Part shown: piece after piece, positions 44,193-50,046 of the stretch
Layout: each line of letters starts with the position of its first letter
Position numbering within the stretch: position 1 is the first letter of the stretch
Origin: a virus
Lineage: Duplodnaviria > Caudoviricetes
IMG/VR virus record: IMGVR_UViG_3300045012_000081
Location: 1 to 50,046 of that record
Strand: one strand, 5' to 3'
DNA: 50,046 nucleotides
The notes under the pieces: model-generated
What the model was told of the DNA's origin: nothing
The model's input: the letters and a program-made list of their open reading frames with translations, nothing else
Databases searched by the model: none
Program-made: the position numbers and the translations under genes

Positions 44193-44502
44193 ATTTCAAA
44201 TGTCTGGTACCGCGCACTCTGCCGCGTACAAAGCCCACAAGGCCGATATCTCCGCCGGCGACGACCTTAACTTCTTGCGCGATCCGCACAACCAGTATGA
44301 CTCTGCCGCGATCAAAGTTTTTTGGCGAGGCGAACACATCGGCTGGGTTCCCAAAAAGCTTGGCGAGGCCAAGGCCATGCTTGATCGTTTGCTCGAAAGC
44401 GAGGAATTCCTCATCGACCCCATTGTCGAGTCCCACGAGGTCGATAACCCGGTTGATATGCAGCTCACCGTCACCGTTGAAATCTATTCCTTCGAGGAGT
44501 AA
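44179..44502 (+). CDS. HIRAN domain protein
   Basis: GDDLNFLRDPHNQYDSAAIKV...HIGWVPK. Confidence 0.8.
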   Translation: MKLLEFQMSGTAHSAAYKAHKADISAGDDLNFLRDPHNQYDSAAIKVFWRGEHIGWVPKKLGEAKAMLDRLLESEEFLIDPIVESHEVDNPVDMQLTVTVEIYSFEE

Positions 44503-44507
44503 TCACC

Positions 44508-44798
44508 ATGCACAACTACAACTCTAGTATCGAGTCCCACTCCCACGACGACGCGGATTTGAAGCAGGACGTTGACTGGGCCCTTAGCAACCAAATGCCT
44601 GCCGCCCTGCGCTGGCGCGTATGCGCGCTGAACGAACAAGGCGGTACCGTCTTCTCCGCAATTGTCACCGTCCCCGAAGTAGCCGACGCAATGCAGTTTG
44701 CCGCGCAAGGCCTCTACAACAATCAGTTCGTTGACTACGACAACGACTGGGTGCCAGGACCCGTCGCCAAGCTCACGATCGAAAAGGTGCTCGGATGA
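44508..44798 (+). CDS. hypothetical protein
   Basis: GAGGAG RBS. Confidence 0.5.
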   Translation: MHNYNSSIESHSHDDADLKQDVDWALSNQMPAALRWRVCALNEQGGTVFSAIVTVPEVADAMQFAAQGLYNNQFVDYDNDWVPGPVAKLTIEKVLG

Positions 44799-45664
44799 CC
44801 GACTACCTCACCCTCACGCCCGACAGCGAGCTAACCGGCCTGAACCTCTGCGTCCAAGGCGACGGTGGCACAGGCAAAACTCACTCCATCGGTACGCTCG
44901 TCGACTACGGCCTTGATCCCGCGCACCCACTCGAGGTCTACGTCCAGATGCTTGAGCCAGGCCTCGAAACTCTCAAAGGCTACTGGGTCGACCGCGGCAA
45001 GCCTATTCCGCCTAACCTCCACTGGTCCTACATTCGCCCAACTACGGCTGACCTCGACGCAATGATTGGCGCGTCAACCAAGGTCAATACCCTCAACCAC
45101 AAAGCCCTGGCCGAAATGCAGGATCCTGAACGAGGCAAGTATGCAAAGTGGACAGACATCCAACGAAACCTCAACGGCTTCGTCGATGCCCGAGACGGGA
45201 AGAATCACGGTCGAGTCTATGACTGGGGACTTGATCGCGTGCTGGTCATGGACGGGCTCACTGGCTTCTGCCGTGCTGCAATGTCCTTGGTTATTGGAGG
45301 CAAGCCTGTTAGAAGCCAGTCGGACTGGGGGATCGCTCAAGGTGAAGTCGAAAAAATGCTCCTTTATCTTACGGATTCCTGCAGGTGCCATTTCGTCCTT
45401 CTCTCGCACATTGAGCGAGAGACTGATCAAGTCCTTGGAGGAAGCAAGATAATGGTCTCGGCCTTGGGTCAAAAGCTCGCGCCGAAGTTGCCTCCAATGT
45501 TCTCCGACGTGGTTATGTCGGTTCGCGAAGGCTCAGCCTTCACTTGGGACACGAGCAATCCCCAGGCTGTACTAAAGGCCCGCAACCTGCCCATTGCCGC
45601 GAACCAGAAGCAGGACTTCGCGCCGATCTTTAACAAATGGAAAAAGAGGAACGAAGCGCAATGA
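44795..45664 (+). CDS. Sak4-like/AAA_24 ATPase (recombinase-like)
   Basis: Walker A GDGGTGKT, Walker B LVMDGLT, DWG.AQ, LSHIERE, GQKLAPKLP.MFSDV. Confidence 0.8.
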   Translation: MTDYLTLTPDSELTGLNLCVQGDGGTGKTHSIGTLVDYGLDPAHPLEVYVQMLEPGLETLKGYWVDRGKPIPPNLHWSYIRPTTADLDAMIGASTKVNTLNHKALAEMQDPERGKYAKWTDIQRNLNGFVDARDGKNHGRVYDWGLDRVLVMDGLTGFCRAAMSLVIGGKPVRSQSDWGIAQGEVEKMLLYLTDSCRCHFVLLSHIERETDQVLGGSKIMVSALGQKLAPKLPPMFSDVVMSVREGSAFTWDTSNPQAVLKARNLPIAANQKQDFAPIFNKWKKRNEAQ

Positions 45665-46080
45665 GTACTTATACCGCGTGGGTTAATATGCATACACGCT
45701 GTACTAACCCAAACTATCACGGTACTGATCGCTATCGTGGTAGAGGTATTATGTACTGCGCAAAATGGGAGCGTTTTGATATCTTTTTAAAAGAAATGGG
45801 GGAGAAACCCGAAGGTACGCAGTTAGAACGCTCTAATAATAACGAAGGCTATTACAAGGAAAATTGCGTATGGGCTACTGCTACGCAGCAGGCGCGAAAT
45901 CGTCGTGTGCGTCGCACCAGTAAAACTGGTGTATCCGCTGTGCATTGGTGTACTACATTCAACATCTGGTTGGCTAAAGATTTTGAAAAGAATACTTTGT
46001 ACAGAGGTCAAGACTTTTTTGAAGCATGCTGCGCTCGTAAATCTTTTGAAGCAAAGGTTAAAAATGGCCTCTATTCTTGA
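45661..46080 (+). CDS. HNH-AP2 homing endonuclease-like protein
   Basis: WVNMHTRC.NP...YRGRGI.YC..W..F..FL..MGEKP...LER.NNNEGY..ENCVWAT..QQARNRR plus an AP2-like tail; AT-rich. Confidence 0.8.
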   Translation: MSTYTAWVNMHTRCTNPNYHGTDRYRGRGIMYCAKWERFDIFLKEMGEKPEGTQLERSNNNEGYYKENCVWATATQQARNRRVRRTSKTGVSAVHWCTTFNIWLAKDFEKNTLYRGQDFFEACCARKSFEAKVKNGLYS

Positions 46081-46360
46081 GCAAGATTTCCAAAAGGCTT
46101 TGAACCCTAATGGGAAAGCTGTTGGGCGCAAGATGCCGCCACTTGTCCAACAGATGATGAGAGTGTTCTTTTATTGTGGTTGGTCCGCTGGTGCCTCCCG
46201 CATCATGCAAGCCGGCCGCATGCTGGACGAGACTTCACAAATGCTCGCCATCATGGAAATCATGGATTGTATAGAGAAAGACTACCTCTTTCTCGGCAAA
46301 CCTAAGGAGGAATTAATCAGCAGCCCCGAGTTTGACTCCAACCTTCCTGAAATTAATTGA
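46064..46360 (+). CDS. hypothetical protein
   Basis: MASILEQDF...QMMRVFFYCG. Confidence 0.55.
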   Translation: MASILEQDFQKALNPNGKAVGRKMPPLVQQMMRVFFYCGWSAGASRIMQAGRMLDETSQMLAIMEIMDCIEKDYLFLGKPKEELISSPEFDSNLPEIN

Positions 46361-46369
46361 GACCCTATC

Positions 46370-46813
46370 ATGCCCTTTGACGCAAATACCTTCCTCGACA
46401 CCCAGATCTCTGGCCCGACTTCCACCGAACGTATCTTGATCGAGCCTGGCGTCTACTCCGCCTACATCGTGGACCTGAAGTCCGCCAGCGGCTTCTCGGA
46501 CAAGTCCCAGTCCCACTGGGCGCGCCTCGACGTCGTCTTCGAGCTCGACGATGAGCACCAAAAAGAACGCACAGGCCGCGCACGGCTCATGCTTACCTAC
46601 GGTATCATGCTGGAGCTTGACGAAAATCAAGACCTCGCCGAAGGGCGCGGCAAGAACGTGAAGCTTGGCAAGTTCCGCAAAGCCGTAGGAAAGAACGACG
46701 GTCCGCTGAACCCGCGCGAGTTGATGCATCTCTACGCGCGAGTCCAAGTCTCCCACGAGATCTACAACAACGAACCGCAAGAGAAAATCACCGCGGTCTC
46801 GGCGATTGCCTAA
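46370..46813 (+). CDS. putative single-stranded DNA-binding protein (DUF669-like)
   Basis: MPFDANTFLD, IEPGVYSAYI, GKNVKLGKFRKAVG, VSHEIY; lies after the Sak4-like ATPase. Confidence 0.65.
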   Translation: MPFDANTFLDTQISGPTSTERILIEPGVYSAYIVDLKSASGFSDKSQSHWARLDVVFELDDEHQKERTGRARLMLTYGIMLELDENQDLAEGRGKNVKLGKFRKAVGKNDGPLNPRELMHLYARVQVSHEIYNNEPQEKITAVSAIA

Positions 46814-46825
46814 CTTCTAACTAGG

Positions 46826-46851
46826 AGAGGGAGCCTGCGTGCTCCCTTTTT
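46826..46851 (+). terminator. intrinsic terminator
   Basis: AGAGGGAGC-CTGCGT-GCTCCCTTT followed by TT. Confidence 0.65.
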
Positions 46852-46854
46852 GCC

Positions 46855-47037
46855 ATGACCGATGCTGAAACCTGTGCCCGCGCAATACTCGAGATCCGCA
46901 AGAAAGCTCTCGATGCAGTCATGCTCGATCCGACCAACCAAGCAGCTAGCTGTGCCTACGCGATCACTTCTCAAGCTGTCTTCGCTGCCGCACGAGTAAT
47001 CCGCGCGGTTGAAGAAGCCGCTGCCAAGGAGGCCTAG
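46855..47037 (+). CDS. hypothetical protein
   Basis: 60-aa Ala-rich ORF. Confidence 0.45.
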   Translation: MTDAETCARAILEIRKKALDAVMLDPTNQAASCAYAITSQAVFAAARVIRAVEEAAAKEA

Positions 47038-47040
47038 CCC

Positions 47041-47244
47041 ATGGACGCAATCTCCTTCGTCGCTCTTGCTTGCGCAATTGACATCTTCTGCGCAGTTCTA
47101 ATCCTCTTCATCGCCTACTACGTTAACCAGATGACGGTCAAGGTCTCCGTCGTTGCTCAACAAAACACGGAGAACGCCAAGCTTCTCCTCTCCGTCATCC
47201 AGCAGATTCAGCACAAAGCCGAGGTCGAACGTGCTAATAACTGA
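47041..47244 (+). CDS. membrane protein
   Basis: AAGGAGG RBS; N-terminal TM helix plus coiled coil. Confidence 0.55.
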   Translation: MDAISFVALACAIDIFCAVLILFIAYYVNQMTVKVSVVAQQNTENAKLLLSVIQQIQHKAEVERANN

Positions 47245-47878
47245 ACGAGACCTAGAGAACATTTGCATCGCCCTTATGACCTCGCGCGACCCACAAGGGC
47301 GCCTTACTGCTTGGGGCTCACACCTCAGCTCCGCCATCTTCGGTGAGTTCATCAAAGAAGGCCGCGTAACTTTCGTTATCGAAGGAGCCAATCATGCCAC
47401 TCAAATCGGGCAAGAGCAAGAAAACAGTATCGAGCAATATCTCCGAACTCGCCCACGGCCCGCACCATGCGAAGATGGCAAAGAAGTTCGGCGCGAAGAA
47501 GGCGCAAAAGATCGACGTAGCGATAGCCTTGGACAAAGCGCGCAAGTCGGGGGGAAAGAGAGGCCGATAATCTATATCGCTGGTCCGATGACCGGCCTGC
47601 CCGACCACAACTTCCTCGCGTTCCACGAGGCGGCAGCCCACTACCGCGCACGTGGCCACGCAGTCCTCAACCCAGCCGAAATCAACACCGTCTCCGACGG
47701 CCGCCCTCTACTCGAGATCATCCAGCGCGATCTCTCTGCCCTCCTCCTCTGCAACACCATCTACATGCTGCGAGGGTGGGAGAACTCAACTGGCGCGCGA
47801 ACCGAGCACGCCGTTGCCAAGTGGGCTCAAATGACCATCATCTACGAGGGCGGTAATGTCAACCATCCACAGCTATGA
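47231..47878 (+). CDS. DUF4406 (nucleoside deoxyribosyltransferase-like) domain protein; start uncertain
   Basis: IYIAGPMTGLPDHNFLAF, VLNPAE, DLSALLLCNTIYMLRGWENSTGARTEH. Confidence 0.75.
   Translation: MLITERDLENICIALMTSRDPQGRLTAWGSHLSSAIFGEFIKEGRVTFVIEGANHATQIGQEQENSIEQYLRTRPRPAPCEDGKEVRREEGAKDRRSDSLGQSAQVGGKERPIIYIAGPMTGLPDHNFLAFHEAAAHYRARGHAVLNPAEINTVSDGRPLLEIIQRDLSALLLCNTIYMLRGWENSTGARTEHAVAKWAQMTIIYEGGNVNHPQL
47394..47570 (+). CDS. small basic phage protein, nested in the +1 frame (not in ORF track)
   Basis: AAGGAG RBS; MPLKSGKSKKTVSSNISEL...VAIALDKARKSGGKRGR, matching the common MPLKKGKS..NI.E...AIAL..A phage family. Confidence 0.7.
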   Translation: MPLKSGKSKKTVSSNISELAHGPHHAKMAKKFGAKKAQKIDVAIALDKARKSGGKRGR

Positions 47879-49142
47879 AACCAGCCACATACGCATCTCC
47901 GAGCACCGTCAGCGTCGTCACTTCGACGGGGCCGCGATCATCGAACTCGCCAATTCGATCCAGACCTTGGGTCTCCTCCAACCCATCACTGTCGCCGCGG
48001 GTGGAGAGCTGGTGGCTGGTGAGCGCCGTCTTCGTGCTTGCAAGCACCTGGCCGTGTTGGGAATCCCTGTGCGCTGCGGTAATGAGACTTATCCACTAAA
48101 CCAGGTCCCCGTGATCTTCTTCGACTTCGACGACGAGACGCGGCTATGGGAGGCCCAACTTCATGAGAATATTCGACGAGAAAACCTTACGTGGCCGGAG
48201 CGCGCGGCTGCTGAGGCCTTCCTTCACGAGCTACGTTGCCGCCAAAACCCCAAGCAAACGTTCGCGCAGACGGCTGCAGAGACGCCCAATACCAATGGTA
48301 CTGCTCTACGTGACGCCGTCATTGTTGCCGCGCATCTTGAAGACAAAGAGGTTTCAAGCGCGCCTACGCTGAAAGACGCAATGAAGGTCCTAAGGAAACG
48401 CGATGAAAAAGCACGGCTCAGCCGTCTCTCTGCTTCTGTCAATGTGGCAGCTCTGTCTAGCCTTCACAGCTTACAGCATTGCGACTTCCGCGCTGCTACC
48501 GTTGAAGATGGCTCGATCGATACGATTCTCACCGATCCTCCATATGGCATGGGCGCCCAGGCTTTTAAAGACGGCGGAGACCCTTCTACGGTTCTCCACG
48601 ACTATGATGACATGGATGGAGAAGAATGGCAAACAATGATACAGGAGTTTGCCGCGTGGAGCTGGGCCAAAACCAAACCAAAGGCGCATATCTATGTGTT
48701 CTGTGACATTGATAAATTCCCTTTGCTTCGGAGCCTCTTTAGTAATACTGGCTATCGGGTGCATCGCACCCCGCTTGTCTATGCGAAGAGCCATGCAAGT
48801 AGCCGGCGCGTACCTTGGCCTACTATGGGTCCTCGTCGTGGTTACGAGCTGGTCTTGTACGCGGTGAAGGGAGATCGCAATGTTAACGTCGTTGTGTCGG
48901 ACGTATTTTCTGCTGGAGAGAACGACGAGAATCTCGGACATGCAGCACAAAAGCCTGTTGGAGCTTACGTCGATCTTCTGCGTCGGTCTGTCGCCGCCGG
49001 AGATTGCGTGTGCGATCCGTTCGCAGGTACGGGGACGATACTCCCCGCGGCTCACTTACTTAAATGCCGTGCCATTGCGATTGAGCGTGATGCTTCTTTC
49101 CACGGGATCGCTTTGGAAAGGCTCGCAAAACTCAAGGAGTAG
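47856..49142 (+). CDS. ParB-like N-terminal domain fused to an N4-C/N6-A DNA methyltransferase
   Basis: ELANSI..GLLQPI, LVAGERRLRA, ENIRRENL; TDPPYG, HAAQKP, DPFAGTGT (beta-class motif order). Confidence 0.85.
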   Translation: MSTIHSYETSHIRISEHRQRRHFDGAAIIELANSIQTLGLLQPITVAAGGELVAGERRLRACKHLAVLGIPVRCGNETYPLNQVPVIFFDFDDETRLWEAQLHENIRRENLTWPERAAAEAFLHELRCRQNPKQTFAQTAAETPNTNGTALRDAVIVAAHLEDKEVSSAPTLKDAMKVLRKRDEKARLSRLSASVNVAALSSLHSLQHCDFRAATVEDGSIDTILTDPPYGMGAQAFKDGGDPSTVLHDYDDMDGEEWQTMIQEFAAWSWAKTKPKAHIYVFCDIDKFPLLRSLFSNTGYRVHRTPLVYAKSHASSRRVPWPTMGPRRGYELVLYAVKGDRNVNVVVSDVFSAGENDENLGHAAQKPVGAYVDLLRRSVAAGDCVCDPFAGTGTILPAAHLLKCRAIAIERDASFHGIALERLAKLKE

Positions 49143-49145
49143 TTT

Positions 49146-49337
49146 ATGAGAGTAGCTCGCATTTCAAACTTCGATGATGAAATGTACTCGCAAGCGTTCA
49201 TCACCATGCCAGGGCTTAGCGAGAAGATGGCTGAGGCTATCAAGCGCACACTCAACAACGAATTTAGTTCAAGCGTATCACCAGACTACTATCGCGTGGT
49301 AGCAGACGACTACAAACTTTACGAGTTCGAGCCATGA
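49146..49337 (+). CDS. hypothetical protein
   Basis: AAGGAG RBS; YYRVVADDYKLYEFEP. Confidence 0.6.
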   Translation: MRVARISNFDDEMYSQAFITMPGLSEKMAEAIKRTLNNEFSSSVSPDYYRVVADDYKLYEFEP

Positions 49338-49687
49338 AAATCACACCCAACAAAGACGCACCATTGCCTGTCGAGTATGACGCAGAGCACGGTGGCGAGC
49401 GTAAGATATTTCCTGACTTGCGCAAGCCCCATGGCCGCGTTGAGATCACTGCCGCGCGTCACGAGGCCGCACTCACCTCCCTCTTCTCCGAACTTCGAGA
49501 GCGTCTCGACGAGAACAATCCGCGCGAGGACGACCGAACCCCGGTCTACCAGTGGTTCCAGCAGATCTCCAACCAAATATCGAAAGCGCAATCAGGCAAG
49601 GGCCCCATGCGCGATCGGTATCTTGCCGTCGCCGAACTAGCTCTTGCCGCTATCTTGAGCATCCAACGTAACGAGGAAAGATCATGA
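49334..49687 (+). CDS. hypothetical protein
   Basis: ATGA coupling; RYLAVAELALAAILSI helix. Confidence 0.55.
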   Translation: MKITPNKDAPLPVEYDAEHGGERKIFPDLRKPHGRVEITAARHEAALTSLFSELRERLDENNPREDDRTPVYQWFQQISNQISKAQSGKGPMRDRYLAVAELALAAILSIQRNEERS

Positions 49688-49920
49688 AAGCCCTTCTCTT
49701 ACTAGCCGCAGTTGTCCTCGCTGGTTGCGCCACCGCCACAGCGCCTGCCAATCCCCCAGGCACCAACGCCAATACACTCACAGAGATACAAAAGTCCTGC
49801 GATGACCCTGGCCAGTCTGTAACCTTCATCAACGGACACTCTTACTTCTGCGGCGACTATGACACTGTGCAGAAGTCCATCCAGCAGCTCATACTCCAAG
49901 TCCACCAACGAGGAGCCTAA
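49684..49920 (+). CDS. small lipoprotein
   Basis: MKALLLLAAVVLAGC lipobox. Confidence 0.7.
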   Translation: MKALLLLAAVVLAGCATATAPANPPGTNANTLTEIQKSCDDPGQSVTFINGHSYFCGDYDTVQKSIQQLILQVHQRGA

Positions 49921-49923
49921 ACC

Positions 49924-50046
49924 ATGCTCGTCACCGGTCTGCAGGTCAAACCTTACGGCCCACCGAATGCCGAGGTTATGCTAGTCGGTGAAGCCCCCGG
50001 CGCGGAGGAGGTCAAGCAAGGCCTCTGCTTCGTCGGGGCCTCTGGT
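49924..50046 (+). CDS. 5' part of the UDG-domain/DNA polymerase A gene; continues across the circular junction into 23..1627
   Basis: The ATG at 49924 follows a GGAG RBS and reads MLVTGLQVKPYGPPNAEVMLVGEAPGAEEVKQGLCFVGASG, containing the family-4 UDG motif GEAPG..F.G.SG. The 7-nt terminal overlap CTCTGGT joins it in frame to IELSLMMGEAGMKRSDCYLTNV. Confidence 0.9.
   Translation, partial: MLVTGLQVKPYGPPNAEVMLVGEAPGAEEVKQGLCFVGASG

Noticed and set aside
32427-47396. Repeated GGAGAC..ATG and AAGGAGCCAATCATG strings
   Set aside because: Explained as ribosome-binding sites, not mobile or array repeats.
49684-49920. o-spanin call for the small lipoprotein
   Set aside because: It is in the replication arm with no adjacent i-spanin or lysis genes.
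1-50046. Prophage or temperate lifestyle
   Set aside because: No integrase, repressor cassette, ParA or host flanking genes recognised; the ParB domain is fused to a methyltransferase.

Overview
The window looks like a complete, circularly permuted ~50 kb lytic podovirus-type dsDNA phage genome. Its last 7 nt (CTCTGGT) equal its first 7 nt, and joining them restores an in-frame family-4 UDG-like domain fused to a family A DNA polymerase, giving a circle of ~50,039 bp. The minus-strand arm (3.8-31.6 kb) carries the late genes: terminase, portal, GroES, scaffold, major capsid, many small beta-rich structural proteins, adaptor, a Kelch-containing tail nozzle, a GNAT, three ejection proteins, a PurD-like ATP-grasp enzyme, a C1q protein, holin and GH108 endolysin. 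The plus-strand arm (32.4 kb round to 3.8 kb) carries the early and replication genes: small ORFs, two aberrant tRNA-like elements, an SGNH lipoprotein, RtcB, a Cas4-like nuclease, a MucR-like protein, HIRAN, a Sak4-like ATPase, HNH-AP2, SSB, DUF4406, a ParB-methyltransferase, a split UDG-PolA and a DUF3987 helicase-like protein. A structured non-coding region at 31.6-32.4 kb separates the arms. I recognised no integrase, RNA polymerase or primase. The most unusual points are (1) a polymerase split exactly at an ACC-U-AA +1 junction in a genome that also encodes a sufJ-like expanded-loop tRNA-Thr-like RNA, (2) a hidden small gene with a lambda-type G-GGA-AAG -1 slippery site leading into a DUF4406 domain, (3) two aberrant tRNA-like RNAs near RtcB, and (4) a PurD-like ligase inside the virion ejection module. 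All family assignments come from motif recognition by eye, not from database searches.
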